A stretch of DNA of 64,000 bases from a virus (IMGVR_UViG_3300033076_001145:144635-208634), one strand, 5' to 3'. Numbered from the stretch's first letter, positions 10,255-19,316 are shown. Translations and numbers: made by a program. Notes: a model not told the origin generated them from the letters alone.

Positions 10255-10605
10255 TTATAAGGTAATTTGTTTTTGTGTAAAGATTAATTGGGGGGTATTC
10301 TCAACCATCAGCTCCTTTGTTGGAAATGATATCGGGGTATTTGTAACCTTCATTTGGGTGGTATTCTCAACCCATCGTCCAATAACTTTTTCAGAATCAG
10401 AGCGTTGTAAAGAAAAGTAGGAATAAATTTCGTTAGTTAAATTAAAATCAATAAAACACCAACCATCATCTTTATCAAATCTTATTCGAGCGTATTTATC
10501 ATTCTCTGAATTTACAAAACAAATTTTATCATTACCCATATCAATCTGAATGAAGTCCTGACTATCCAAATAAGAAAATATTACTCTTTCTAAATGTTTG
10601 TCCAT
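10255..10605 (-). CDS. DFIQI paralogue family member with repeat-spacer tail
   Basis: MDKHLERVIFSYLDSQDFIQI...WVENTTQMKVTNT. Confidence 0.85.
   Translation of the reverse strand: MDKHLERVIFSYLDSQDFIQIDMGNDKICFVNSENDKYARIRFDKDDGWCFIDFNLTNEIYSYFSLQRSDSEKVIGRWVENTTQMKVTNTPISFPTKELMVENTPQLIFTQKQITL
10288..10371 (+). CRISPR. CRISPR-like unit: partial repeat, 30-nt spacer, 36-nt repeat
   Basis: ...GGGTATTCTCAAC, spacer 10306-10335, GGTATTTGTAACCTTCATTTGGGTGGTATTCTCAAC. Confidence 0.65.
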
Positions 10606-10619
10606 GATTATAAATATGA

Positions 10620-10916
10620 TTAATAACCAACAATTGGACTAGCAACCTCCACATTAATAGATTCAATTCCGAGTTTATCTTCAATCCATTTATTGATTAC
10701 ACTAATGGAATCCCCATAATCTAAAGAAAAGAATTTGCTGACTTCTTCGGCCAAATCATAGTGTATTGTGCACCATCGGTCTTTTGGGAGGTATTTAATC
10801 TGAGCAAATTCATCATCTTCTGAATTAACAAAATATATCCTATACTTCATTTTAATTACAACAAAGTCCTGTCCATCCAAATAAGAAAATATTACTCGTT
10901 CTAAATGTTTGTCCAT
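10620..10916 (-). CDS. DFIQI paralogue family member without repeat
   Basis: MDKHLERVIFSYLDGQDF; divergent C-terminus. Confidence 0.85.
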   Translation of the reverse strand: MDKHLERVIFSYLDGQDFVVIKMKYRIYFVNSEDDEFAQIKYLPKDRWCTIHYDLAEEVSKFFSLDYGDSISVINKWIEDKLGIESINVEVASPIVGY

Positions 10917-10936
10917 GATTATAAATACATTAGTTA

Positions 10937-11080
10937 GGTATTCTCAACAGAGCAGTGGAAACGTTTTCAGAACTATAGGTGTTTGTGACCTTCATTTGGA
11001 GGGTATTCTCAACAAGAGATGAATAGCGAATACCTTCCCGCTTGGGTGTTTGTGACCTTCATTTGGAGGGTATTCTCAAC
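10937..11080 (+). CRISPR. CRISPR-like mini-array: partial repeat plus two identical 36-nt repeats and two spacers
   Basis: GGTGTTTGTGACCTTCATTTGGAGGGTATTCTCAAC at 10978-11013 and 11045-11080; spacers 10949-10977 (29 nt) and 11014-11044 (31 nt). Confidence 0.75.
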
Positions 11081-11317
11081 CCATTTACCAATAACTTGTT
11101 CAGAATCAGAGCTTTGCAAAGAAAAGAAAGAAGAAATTTCTTTAACTAAATTAGTATGAATAAAACACCATCCATCATCTTCGTCATATCTAATTTGAGC
11201 GTATTCGTCACCTTCTGAACTAACAAAAAAAATTTTATCATTACCCATATCAATCTGAATGAAGTCTTGGCTATCCAAATAAGAAAATATTACTCGTTCT
11301 AAATCTTTGTCCATCAT
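11009..11317 (-). CDS. DFIQI paralogue family member with repeat-spacer tail
   Basis: MDKDLERVIFSYLDSQDFIQI...WVENTLQMKVTNT. Confidence 0.85.
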   Translation of the reverse strand: MMDKDLERVIFSYLDSQDFIQIDMGNDKIFFVSSEGDEYAQIRYDEDDGWCFIHTNLVKEISSFFSLQSSDSEQVIGKWVENTLQMKVTNTQAGRYSLFISC

Positions 11318-11832
11318 AACTTAATCCCAGTATTATATATGGTTTCCCAATTATTTTTCTCACAATAATCCAAAAAGTCCTTTGGTGAATATCTATATGA
11401 CTCCTCAATCCCATATACCCATGAAACAAACTCAGAGCAATACATCTTATCCTGTTCATGGTTCAATGGTTTTTTATTCCACTTACCAGTTAATAATTCA
11501 ATCGGTTGTTTGATAATTAATCCCTCAAAGTCATAAGCCGTTAATCCAACTTTGCTCATGGCTTTAACCGCAATTTTCTTTTCAGCAATTACCTTTGGTC
11601 TTCTTTGGATGATGAAGTTATATTGGTATTCTTTAAGCCAGTTTTCAAATGGTTTAACATTAACTCCATTATCCTGAGCATCAATGATATATGGTTCACC
11701 CCATATCCAAATGAAAAGAGCTGTGTGATTTATTTCAGACTTTGTTGCCCATCTTATGGCTCTACTCAACCAACTTTTTCCACGACAATGTAACACATCA
11801 CCGGTTTTTAATTCATCTATATTCAAACTCAT
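11314..11832 (-). CDS. permuted papain-like NlpC/P60 (YiiX/YebB-like) enzyme
   Basis: LKTGDVL..NHTAL..YD..YCSEFV (His before Cys). Confidence 0.75.
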   Translation of the reverse strand: MSLNIDELKTGDVLHCRGKSWLSRAIRWATKSEINHTALFIWIWGEPYIIDAQDNGVNVKPFENWLKEYQYNFIIQRRPKVIAEKKIAVKAMSKVGLTAYDFEGLIIKQPIELLTGKWNKKPLNHEQDKMYCSEFVSWVYGIEESYRYSPKDFLDYCEKNNWETIYNTGIKL

Positions 11833-11914
11833 AATGATAAATATTGGAATATATAATAAAAAAGTCTTTCCATTTATTCAAACATAATATATTTATTTAT
11901 TAAACAATTAAATT

Positions 11915-12526
11915 TTGGAAATTTCATCAGAAGTTATAGTTGCGTTTATTACAGGTGTAGTTGGGCCAACATCTATCATGTTTTTAAAACATTACCTAAC
12001 CGCAAAGAAAAAGAAACCAGATTTGGTTCATGAGACCTTAAAGGTTAGCGAACTTGTCAATTCAAAGATTGAACACATTAAAGAAGAATTCAATGCCGAT
12101 AGAGTATGGATAACTCAATTCCATAATGGTGGGAACTTCTATCCAACAGGAAAATCAATGGCAAAGTTCAGTATCATTTATGAAACAGTTCATCCCGGTG
12201 TTAATTCAATTCAATCAAACTTCCATAACATTCCAGTTAATTTGTTTTCAAAGTCAATCAATGAATTATTACAAAATGATATAATTGAAATCCCTGATTT
12301 TAAAGATGAAAAAATTTCCACATTTGGTTTAAAATATGTCGCAGAAGAGAACGGATGTAAGTCAGGTTACCTTTTCGCAATTAAAACAATTGATGGAAGA
12401 TTTATTGGAACCTTAGGTTTGGACTATACAAAGAGAAAGACAAACTTAGATATGGAATCAATTAATCATTTACAAGTCCACGCATCTTCTTTGGGTGGAG
12501 TTTTAATGACTCACTTAAATCAATAA
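11915..12526 (+). CDS. N-terminal TM plus GAF-like domain protein (holin T-like candidate)
   Basis: Hydrophobic N-terminus; ADRVWITQFHNG...FIGTLGLDY. Confidence 0.55.
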   Translation: MEISSEVIVAFITGVVGPTSIMFLKHYLTAKKKKPDLVHETLKVSELVNSKIEHIKEEFNADRVWITQFHNGGNFYPTGKSMAKFSIIYETVHPGVNSIQSNFHNIPVNLFSKSINELLQNDIIEIPDFKDEKISTFGLKYVAEENGCKSGYLFAIKTIDGRFIGTLGLDYTKRKTNLDMESINHLQVHASSLGGVLMTHLNQ

Positions 12527-12532
12527 GATTAA

Positions 12533-12886
12533 TTAGAAACTCTTTTTCCACTTTAATAAGTAGAGACCTCTTTCTTTGTTGAGAGGTTCAAAACTTATTC
12601 TAAAGTTGTCGTTTAACTGAGCATAAACAGGATAAATTGGAAATTTCCATCCTTCGGTTTCTATATGGAATCCCGCCATTCCAACAGGACTATTTTTAAT
12701 TTTATCTATAAAACTTTTTGGAGTCTCCTCTTTACCGAAATTAACTTTAAGTTGGGTTTTAAAATCGTCAGGGATTTGAATAGTTGAAATTTTATTAATA
12801 GGTCCCTTATCAGTTATTTGTTCTTCAATAACTCGTTTAACAATCTTAACCAAATCTGATTCTGTCAATTTAATAACCTTTTTCAT
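12533..12886 (-). CDS. hypothetical protein with KLTES leader
   Basis: MKKVIKLTESDLVKIVKRVIEE. Confidence 0.7.
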   Translation of the reverse strand: MKKVIKLTESDLVKIVKRVIEEQITDKGPINKISTIQIPDDFKTQLKVNFGKEETPKSFIDKIKNSPVGMAGFHIETEGWKFPIYPVYAQLNDNFRISFEPLNKERGLYLLKWKKSF

Positions 12887-12955
12887 ATTAAATAAATATA
12901 TCAATGTTTTTCTTTTTTATTCCATAAATTTTATATCTTAGCCAAAATTATAACA

Positions 12956-13621
12956 ATGGAACTAAACTATCCCAACTTAACGGAAGACCAAAAATCAAAG
13001 ATTGACAAGTTCGTTTCTGACTTGGAAAAGAAATGTGCTGAAAACAATGTTGAGTTGTTTCTTCCCAACACACCTGGCGTTCAATACCCAGGTTTGGACA
13101 CCCAAACCAATGGTTATTTTGATTCAAGAAAACCACTTCTTGCTTGTGCAACAGGTAAGGAACTTGATAAGTGGTTGTTAATCTTAATTCACGAGTCATC
13201 ACATATGGACCAGTTTTTAGAAAAGGTTTCAGTATTTGATGAGTCAATTGGATTAGATGAAACATTTCAATGGATTGGTGGTCTTGAAACTCCTGACTTT
13301 GACAAGATTGATAGAGAAATCACATCAGGTATTGCCGTTGAGGTTGATTGTGAGAAAAGAACCGTTGAGAAGATTAAAGAATACGGATTGGAGTTTGTGG
13401 TTGGGATTGATGAATACATTCAAAAATCAAACGCATATGCTCTCTTTTACCTATGGATGAGAAAGAACAGAAGTTGGTATAAGATTGGATTTGAGCCATA
13501 CAATGTTAAATCCATTTATTCCAAGATGCCAAAAACATTTGATGTTGATTATTCAACATTGACAGAAGATATGACTGAAGCATTTGACGAGTTGTTAGTA
13601 ATGTCGGATGGGGTTAAATAA
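12956..13621 (+). CDS. hypothetical metallopeptidase-like protein
   Basis: IHESSH plus downstream EVDCE. Confidence 0.65.
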   Translation: MELNYPNLTEDQKSKIDKFVSDLEKKCAENNVELFLPNTPGVQYPGLDTQTNGYFDSRKPLLACATGKELDKWLLILIHESSHMDQFLEKVSVFDESIGLDETFQWIGGLETPDFDKIDREITSGIAVEVDCEKRTVEKIKEYGLEFVVGIDEYIQKSNAYALFYLWMRKNRSWYKIGFEPYNVKSIYSKMPKTFDVDYSTLTEDMTEAFDELLVMSDGVK

Positions 13622-13668
13622 AAAACCCCATCCTTTAGGGATAGGGTAAATCTCTTTTTTAGATTTGA

Positions 13669-14022
13669 TTACTTGGTGTAAGTTCTTAGACAATGTGCCG
13701 CCCAAGCCGCCGCTCCAAGAAAGATTGGCATCAATAGACCTGCTCCACCGAACATTGCAATATGAACCGCAACCGCTCCTGACATTACAGATGAAAGAAC
13801 CAACGCTCCATAAACAGATGTTCTTGGGATACAAAGGGCAATTACACCAGCAACTTCCATAACTCCAACAAGTGCCATGTAAGGTAACATGTTCATTGCA
13901 GTAAAGTTAGTGGTCATAGCCTCGCTTCCCATAATCTTTGACAATCCGCCCATTCCGAGCATAAAGGTTACGATTACTGTAAGCAACCAACCTAAGTTTT
14001 TAAGTGTTAAATAATTTTTCAT
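13669..14022 (-). CDS. DoxX-like membrane protein
   Basis: Four hydrophobic helices, GLSK..GVMEVAG..PRT..GAVAVH. Confidence 0.8.
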   Translation of the reverse strand: MKNYLTLKNLGWLLTVIVTFMLGMGGLSKIMGSEAMTTNFTAMNMLPYMALVGVMEVAGVIALCIPRTSVYGALVLSSVMSGAVAVHIAMFGGAGLLMPIFLGAAAWAAHCLRTYTK

Positions 14023-14066
14023 ATTCCAAGTATAGGATATGAACTTTACAATGTCAATTGATTTTT

Positions 14067-14153
14067 ATTTGGAGGGTATTATCAACGGATTGAAAAATTG
14101 CCTTTGCTCAATGCCATGGTGTTTGTGACCTTCATTTGTAAGGTATTCTCAAC
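14067..14153 (+). CRISPR. CRISPR-like unit: partial repeat, 31-nt spacer, 36-nt repeat
   Basis: ATTTGGAGGGTATTATCAAC, spacer 14087-14117, GGTGTTTGTGACCTTCATTTGTAAGGTATTCTCAAC. Confidence 0.7.
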
Positions 14154-14378
14154 CCACCTACTGATAACTTGTTCAGAATCAGAGCGTTGCAAAGAAAAGT
14201 AATAAGAAATTTCTTTAATTAAATCCAAACCAATATAACACAAACCATCATCATATCTAATTTGAGCAAATTCATCATTCTCTGAATAGGCAAAATAGAT
14301 ACTATCATATTTTTTAATCTGAATAAAGTCCTGACTATCCAAATAAGAAAATAATACTCTTTCAAAATCTTTGTACAT
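14082..14378 (-). CDS. DFIQI paralogue family member with repeat-spacer tail
   Basis: FSYLDSQDFIQI...WVENTLQMKVTNT. Confidence 0.85.
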   Translation of the reverse strand: MYKDFERVLFSYLDSQDFIQIKKYDSIYFAYSENDEFAQIRYDDGLCYIGLDLIKEISYYFSLQRSDSEQVISRWVENTLQMKVTNTMALSKGNFSIR

Positions 14379-14391
14379 GATTATAAATATA

Positions 14392-14721
14392 TTAGTTGGG
14401 TATTCTCAACCACTTGTCAATATTCATATACGCATCGGTGGTTTTTGTAACTTTCATTTTTAAGGTATTCTCAACCCACCTACTGATGACTCTTTGGGAT
14501 TCGTCTCGTCCTAAATTAAAGAAAGAAGAAATTTCTCTATTTAAATCGATATTAATAAAACAAACACCTCTATCTTCATCATATCTAATTTGAGCAAGGT
14601 CGTCACTTTCTGAATTAATAAAGAATAAACTTGTGTCATTACCTGTAATAATAAAATCCTGATTGTCAAGATACTTAAATATTACTTTATCAAATTGTGA
14701 TTCGGTTATAAGGTATTTCAT
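14392..14721 (-). CDS. DFIQI paralogue family member with repeat-spacer tail
   Basis: MKYLITESQ leader; YLDNQDF...WVENTLKMKVTKT. Confidence 0.85.
   Translation of the reverse strand: MKYLITESQFDKVIFKYLDNQDFIITGNDTSLFFINSESDDLAQIRYDEDRGVCFINIDLNREISSFFNLGRDESQRVISRWVENTLKMKVTKTTDAYMNIDKWLRIPN
14398..14475 (+). CRISPR. CRISPR-like unit: partial repeat, 29-nt spacer, 36-nt repeat
   Basis: GGGTATTCTCAAC, spacer 14411-14439, GGTTTTTGTAACTTTCATTTTTAAGGTATTCTCAAC. Confidence 0.6.
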
Positions 14722-14733
14722 ATAAGATAAATA

Positions 14734-15051
14734 TTAATAAGGAACCATTAATATGGGTACCTCATTTCTTAAATAACTTTGAACAACCATTACATCACTT
14801 ATTTTAAATTTGTGTTTAATCCACAAACCTATAATTTTTTGAGAATCTTCTTTAGATATAGAAAAGAAAGAAGAGACTTCCTTACACAAATTATCAGACA
14901 TCCCAACCCAAGGGATATCATAATCAAATCTAATTTGAGCATATTCATCACCTTCTGAATTAACGAAGTATATTTCCTCCTCCCCATCAATCTGAATGAA
15001 GTCCTGACTATCTAAATAAGAAAATATTACTCTTTCTAAATCTTTGTCCAT
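14734..15051 (-). CDS. DFIQI paralogue family member without repeat
   Basis: MDKDLERVIFSYLDSQDFIQI; divergent C-terminus. Confidence 0.85.
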   Translation of the reverse strand: MDKDLERVIFSYLDSQDFIQIDGEEEIYFVNSEGDEYAQIRFDYDIPWVGMSDNLCKEVSSFFSISKEDSQKIIGLWIKHKFKISDVMVVQSYLRNEVPILMVPY

Positions 15052-15066
15052 GAAATTTAATGGGTA

Positions 15067-16059
15067 TTATCCTTTAACATCCTCTTCTTCATCATCATAT
15101 TCCTCAAAGTCGTAATCACTGTATTCGTCATCATCATATTCATCTTCATCATATTCATCCCCCTCTGAATCTACTTCAACTCCTTTGGTAACATATCCGA
15201 TTTTTTGGAATGGTTCTCTATCTTCATGTCTTGCTTTATAAAACCAATCATTCAACATAGATAATAGATTATCCTTACCAATTAACTTTTGTAATTTACT
15301 ACTGACAAGGATGGTTTTACCCAATATTAGTTTTCTAGATGAATTAACACTATACCATTCATATAAACTTTCATTAATAATTTCAATTACCTTTTCCTTA
15401 GGAACTCCATCCTCAATTAACAATATACGGTCTTTATAGACAATTGCGTTAATATCAGGAGCTTGCATTAACTTACGATAAACCTCTTGGACATCCTTTG
15501 AAGCGTTGTCCTTAGACTGAATGAATTTAATTCTATTAAGAAGTTTTCTGTATATCTTATAACCCAAGTTATATCCCAGTAACGACTTTGGAAGTCCCTC
15601 AGGGAAGTGAGTTCTGTTTCTTGGATAATCAATATATAAATAAATGTGTTCGTTATAAATAAATTTGTCATAGTCTGAACACATTTGTTTAATTCTATCT
15701 ATTGGAGCAAGTCCTGACAAATATTTATTTACATCAAGTTCATGATAAGCCTCACACATTTGAAACATTTTAGTCCTAATCTTAGCAGGTAACATAAAAT
15801 AGAAAAACTTATCATATTCAACCAAAATAACATCCTCCCACTTCATATTCTTTAATTCGTTAGATATTTCTGAATAAAGTTTGTTACACTTTTGAGTTAG
15901 TTTCTTCATGTCACTTTTAAATCCAGCAGTTTTTTCTCTGTCTTTCAAAGATTTAACAAGATAGTTCTTAGGTTGGGCAGCCTTTAATTTACTTAAACTA
16001 AGTCCCATTTCCTTAACCTCAGCTTCTTCTCTTAAAATTTGCTTAATGAGCTCTTTCAT
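15067..16059 (-). CDS. hypothetical protein with acidic tail
   Basis: 330 aa; MKELIKQILREE leader; D/E/Y-rich C-terminus. Confidence 0.75.
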   Translation of the reverse strand: MKELIKQILREEAEVKEMGLSLSKLKAAQPKNYLVKSLKDREKTAGFKSDMKKLTQKCNKLYSEISNELKNMKWEDVILVEYDKFFYFMLPAKIRTKMFQMCEAYHELDVNKYLSGLAPIDRIKQMCSDYDKFIYNEHIYLYIDYPRNRTHFPEGLPKSLLGYNLGYKIYRKLLNRIKFIQSKDNASKDVQEVYRKLMQAPDINAIVYKDRILLIEDGVPKEKVIEIINESLYEWYSVNSSRKLILGKTILVSSKLQKLIGKDNLLSMLNDWFYKARHEDREPFQKIGYVTKGVEVDSEGDEYDEDEYDDDEYSDYDFEEYDDEEEDVKG

Positions 16060-16133
16060 ATTACTAATAAATATATTAAAAAATAAAAAAACCCCACCTG
16101 TTATAGATGGGGTTTAATCTTATTACTAAATCC

Positions 16134-17165
16134 TTATTTAATAATTCTTGTGGTATAAACCTTACCTGAGTCATCGGTCATAACAATTACATATGAACCA
16201 TTACTCAATAGATTACCATCAATCTGAATTTGTTTTTGGTTGAAGTTCTGACTAAACACAACCTTACCATCAACTGACATAATCTTTACATTAGTATTAT
16301 TAGATGGCGCAGAAATGTTAATTACCTCACCGATTGGATTTGGCCAAACCTTAATGTTGTTGGTCAATACCTCAACACCTGTTGTATAATCAGGCACAAT
16401 ATTCAAAGTATATTCTGACATAATTCCACCAGGGAACCATCCTGTTGAGTCAATTGTGAATGTCAAACAAGAGTCAGTCATACATCCATTAGGTGAAAAA
16501 GCATACAAACAAGGTGTATATGTCCCAGGTGAATCGTAGATAAATGATGTATATAACGATAGGCTATCTACACCGCTCGCCAATCCCCAGTCCCATCCCC
16601 AGAAATTTGCGCCAGTCGTTTCACAAACAACATAGATTGTGTTTGGTTCAGATACCAATGAGTCAGGAACAAAATACATACTGATTGTTGGTGGGGTGTT
16701 CAATACTCCATCGCAGTTATTATCAACACCATCACAAGCCTCGAGAGCACCGGGGTAGGTAAATGGGTCATAATCGTTACAGTCATTACCTCCAGATTCA
16801 ATTGATAGGTATCCATCATCATCCATATCATCAAAAATAGGCATTACAATATCAAATGTGGTAACCGCACCAGGTGTTACAATACCACCGATACATTGTG
16901 CCGTTCCCTGACAATCAATCGCACATATTGAAACATATACATCGGTACTATCAATAGGTGGCGCCGAAGCAATCCAAACCCCATTTGGACTATAAGAAAA
17001 CATCAAAGGTCCTGTCCAAGTACTATCATCCAATGAGTAATCCCCAACTACGGTAACCGGACAATTTGGATTTTCACCAACAACATAAACATTGATTGGG
17101 AATTGAGAGAACACATTAAGTGTTAGAATGCTCAATAGAGCAAAAAGAAAAGTTTTTAATTTCAT
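16134..17165 (-). CDS. T9SS type A sorting-domain protein, paralogue of 8226-9239
   Basis: Near-identical signal peptide MKLKTFLFAL, CDGVDNNCDG, WPNP..G.Y..RIIK. Confidence 0.8.
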   Translation of the reverse strand: MKLKTFLFALLSILTLNVFSQFPINVYVVGENPNCPVTVVGDYSLDDSTWTGPLMFSYSPNGVWIASAPPIDSTDVYVSICAIDCQGTAQCIGGIVTPGAVTTFDIVMPIFDDMDDDGYLSIESGGNDCNDYDPFTYPGALEACDGVDNNCDGVLNTPPTISMYFVPDSLVSEPNTIYVVCETTGANFWGWDWGLASGVDSLSLYTSFIYDSPGTYTPCLYAFSPNGCMTDSCLTFTIDSTGWFPGGIMSEYTLNIVPDYTTGVEVLTNNIKVWPNPIGEVINISAPSNNTNVKIMSVDGKVVFSQNFNQKQIQIDGNLLSNGSYVIVMTDDSGKVYTTRIIK

Positions 17166-17246
17166 AATTTTTTGTTTTTTAATTAGTGATACAAAGATAG
17201 TATAAAAATCGTTAGATGTAAAATAAAAAACCCCACTCTTTTGGAG

Positions 17247-17627
17247 TCACCTTCCCTCATTTTTCCATCTATCAGACCTAAAAACACGATATTGTTCTTT
17301 ACATATTTCACAACGACATTTTTGATTAATATATCCAGATACCCCGTGTTCCCAACTTTTTCTATTTATCAAATAGTCCCCTTCATTAATTGATTTTTCA
17401 ATATGACAATCAGAACAAAGTAATTGGCATTTTTTTACTTCATTTAGAAATATGTCAATATTTGAAGTAAACATTGATGATATTTCATTAACCTTATTTT
17501 CAGGAGTTATGTGGTCAAAATGAAGATTGTCTTCAGTCCCACAAACTACACACTTTCCCCCTAACATATCTAACGCTAGTTGTTTTCTTTTTTTACGATA
17601 TTCTCTAATATATTCTTTTGTCGGCAT
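17247..17627 (-). CDS. HNH endonuclease
   Basis: CVVCG..HFDH..LLCSDCH. Confidence 0.85.
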   Translation of the reverse strand: MPTKEYIREYRKKRKQLALDMLGGKCVVCGTEDNLHFDHITPENKVNEISSMFTSNIDIFLNEVKKCQLLCSDCHIEKSINEGDYLINRKSWEHGVSGYINQKCRCEICKEQYRVFRSDRWKNEGR

Positions 17628-17719
17628 ACTCTTTTATAATAAATATATTAAAGTTTACAAAAAGTAAATTGCCGTAAATAAAAAACCCCACTATTTTACA
17701 AGTGGGGTTTCAATTTTAA

Positions 17720-17910
17720 CAAACCATCTACGCTAACCGTAGTTGTAGATTTTACTGATGGTTGGTTCCCCATCACCTGTTATGTGTGCACCATAGAGCA
17801 GGGTCCATCACAGTATACCTTGGGTCATTTTACACTTCATTTGTGGTAGCTACTCCACGGTGAAGCCAAGGTCTCTTTCAACGGTGCTAATCCGTCTTCT
17901 GTAAGGTTTG
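17720..17910 (-). ncRNA. unidentified structured RNA downstream of tRNA-Tyr
   Basis: Nested helices ACCTTGG/CCAAGGT, CTTCA/TGAAG, GTGG/CCAC, TGATGG/CCATCA, CTACG/CGTAG; terminator follows. Confidence 0.45.
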
Positions 17911-17914
17911 TTTG

Positions 17915-17995
17915 TTGTGGTGGACGGACTCGAACCGCCAAGCCCGAAGGACCTGATTTACAGTCAGGCGAGCCAACCAATTGCTCAACACCACA
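17915..17995 (-). tRNA. trnY: tRNA-Tyr(GTA)
   Basis: CCTGA-CTGTAAA-TCAGG. Confidence 0.92.
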
Positions 17996-18001
17996 ATGTA
18001 G

Positions 18002-18076
18002 TATCGCGTATCGGATTCGAACCGATGGTCTTTGCCGTGAAAAGGCAACGATTTAAACCAGCTAATCTAACGCGAC
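18002..18076 (-). tRNA. trnE: tRNA-Glu(TTC)
   Basis: TTGCC-TTTTCAC-GGCAA. Confidence 0.9.
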
Positions 18077-18194
18077 ATTTAAAAAAGAAAGCTTATAGTG
18101 TCCACATTTTCCACTATAAGAAGTAACGACCAGTCAAGTTGTGAATCTTACTTTATGTCGCCTGCAACAGGTGAAACTTACTTCTATCTTTTAG

Positions 18195-18341
18195 TTGACT
18201 AATAAGGAATTGAACCTTAATCCTGTTTTACCTTTCCCCGTCCTCATGCGGACTGTCAGTACTCCGTTCTACCGTGCACCATTACACCATAATCAAGCGA
18301 GAGTTTCGAACCTCTCAGGTTTCAGGTTAATTACTCCTGAA
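18195..18341 (-). ncRNA. family B tRNA-like RNA with two upstream hairpins, copy 1
   Basis: Homologous to 30530-30676 with compensatory changes in the stems. Confidence 0.7.
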
Positions 18342-18346
18342 CTTTG

Positions 18347-18427
18347 ATGCGGGAGGAGGACTCGAACCTCCGAGGCTTTCGCTGAGGCTTATGAGACCTC
18401 CCAGATACCAACTTCTGACACCCCGCA
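18347..18427 (-). tRNA. tRNA with CAT anticodon (Met) and enlarged variable region
   Basis: GAGGT-CTCATAA-GCCTC then AGCGAAAGCCTC. Confidence 0.85.
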
Positions 18428-18511
18428 ATTTAATATTTCAATTTAACATTCAGTCGTTCCTGAATTGTTTTACAAATGTAAGTAATAAATACTCTCGTGT
18501 CAAGAAAAATT

Positions 18512-18868
18512 TTATTTATATACTCTCACTACTCCATTTTTACCTATAATTGAGTCCTGATGTGGTTCTAATGTGAAATGTACTGTGTGACCTAAACAAG
18601 GATAGTATCTATGTTTAACACACTCTTCCCACTCTCTACGAAATTTACCATTATTACCATTAGTATATGTCTTCCATTTAACACATTCTTGACATTCACT
18701 ATTGTAATAAACAAAATACGATGTTTTGAAGATAGTAAAGACCACTAATCCTATTATCAAAAAAGTGAATAAGATGTATAGTTCCCCGTCCTTATTCCAC
18801 TTATCGTATGTTTTTCTCCAGTTACTTTTCATAATTATTTTTTTGTAGTGCGCTTTCTCATTACGCAA
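18512..18868 (-). CDS. hypothetical membrane protein
   Basis: One hydrophobic helix; Cys-containing C-terminus. Confidence 0.55.
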   Translation of the reverse strand: MRNEKAHYKKIIMKSNWRKTYDKWNKDGELYILFTFLIIGLVVFTIFKTSYFVYYNSECQECVKWKTYTNGNNGKFRREWEECVKHRYYPCLGHTVHFTLEPHQDSIIGKNGVVRVYK

Positions 18869-18875
18869 TACCTAA

Positions 18876-19100
18876 CTATTTTATTTTTACAGTTGACTTA
18901 ATCTCTCCCGATAAATTAACACGAATATCTAAAGCGTGTAACGAATCAATAACTATATATCTTTCGCTGTCTATCTTATACACAACACCATTAGGGTACT
19001 TTGTTTGTAACATCTCTATGTCTTGAGATATGGTGGTTGTACTTGTGTCACATCCAGTTAAAAACATCCCTATGCTTAATATCGCAATTATTCTTTTCAT
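18876..19100 (-). CDS. putative lipoprotein
   Basis: Lipobox LTGC. Confidence 0.65.
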   Translation of the reverse strand: MKRIIAILSIGMFLTGCDTSTTTISQDIEMLQTKYPNGVVYKIDSERYIVIDSLHALDIRVNLSGEIKSTVKIK

Positions 19101-19105
19101 ATTTT

Positions 19106-19303
19106 TTATTCTTCTTCGTCTTTGGTTAATTCAGTATACTCTAATGCAAATTGTATTAACCCATTAAGGTATTGCCACTTTTGACATCCGTTTGGGTAAC
19201 TTGGGAATATCTCTTTAAGTTTTTGTTCTTGCCATTCTCTTTCAGAAGGGGTGGGCGATAGCCATTGACCATCAACATCATCTGGTTTTATGTACCAACT
19301 CAT
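19106..19303 (-). CDS. hypothetical protein
   Basis: 65-aa ORF with A-rich upstream region. Confidence 0.55.
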   Translation of the reverse strand: MSWYIKPDDVDGQWLSPTPSEREWQEQKLKEIFPSYPNGCQKWQYLNGLIQFALEYTELTKDEEE

Positions 19304-19316
19304 ATCTTTATTTTTT

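Noticed and set aside
10937-11080. Self-targeting by the spacers within this window
   Set aside because: No match noticed by eye; an alignment is needed to exclude it properly
7761-15051. Diversity-generating retroelement as the source of variable tails
   Set aside because: Variable segments are wholly unrelated rather than adenine-specific variants; no reverse transcriptase or template repeat in the window
18225-18265. Hammerhead ribozyme in the family B core (CTGACA GTCC..GGAC GGGGAAA)
   Set aside because: Core is not CUGANGA/GAAA and copy 2 loses CTGA
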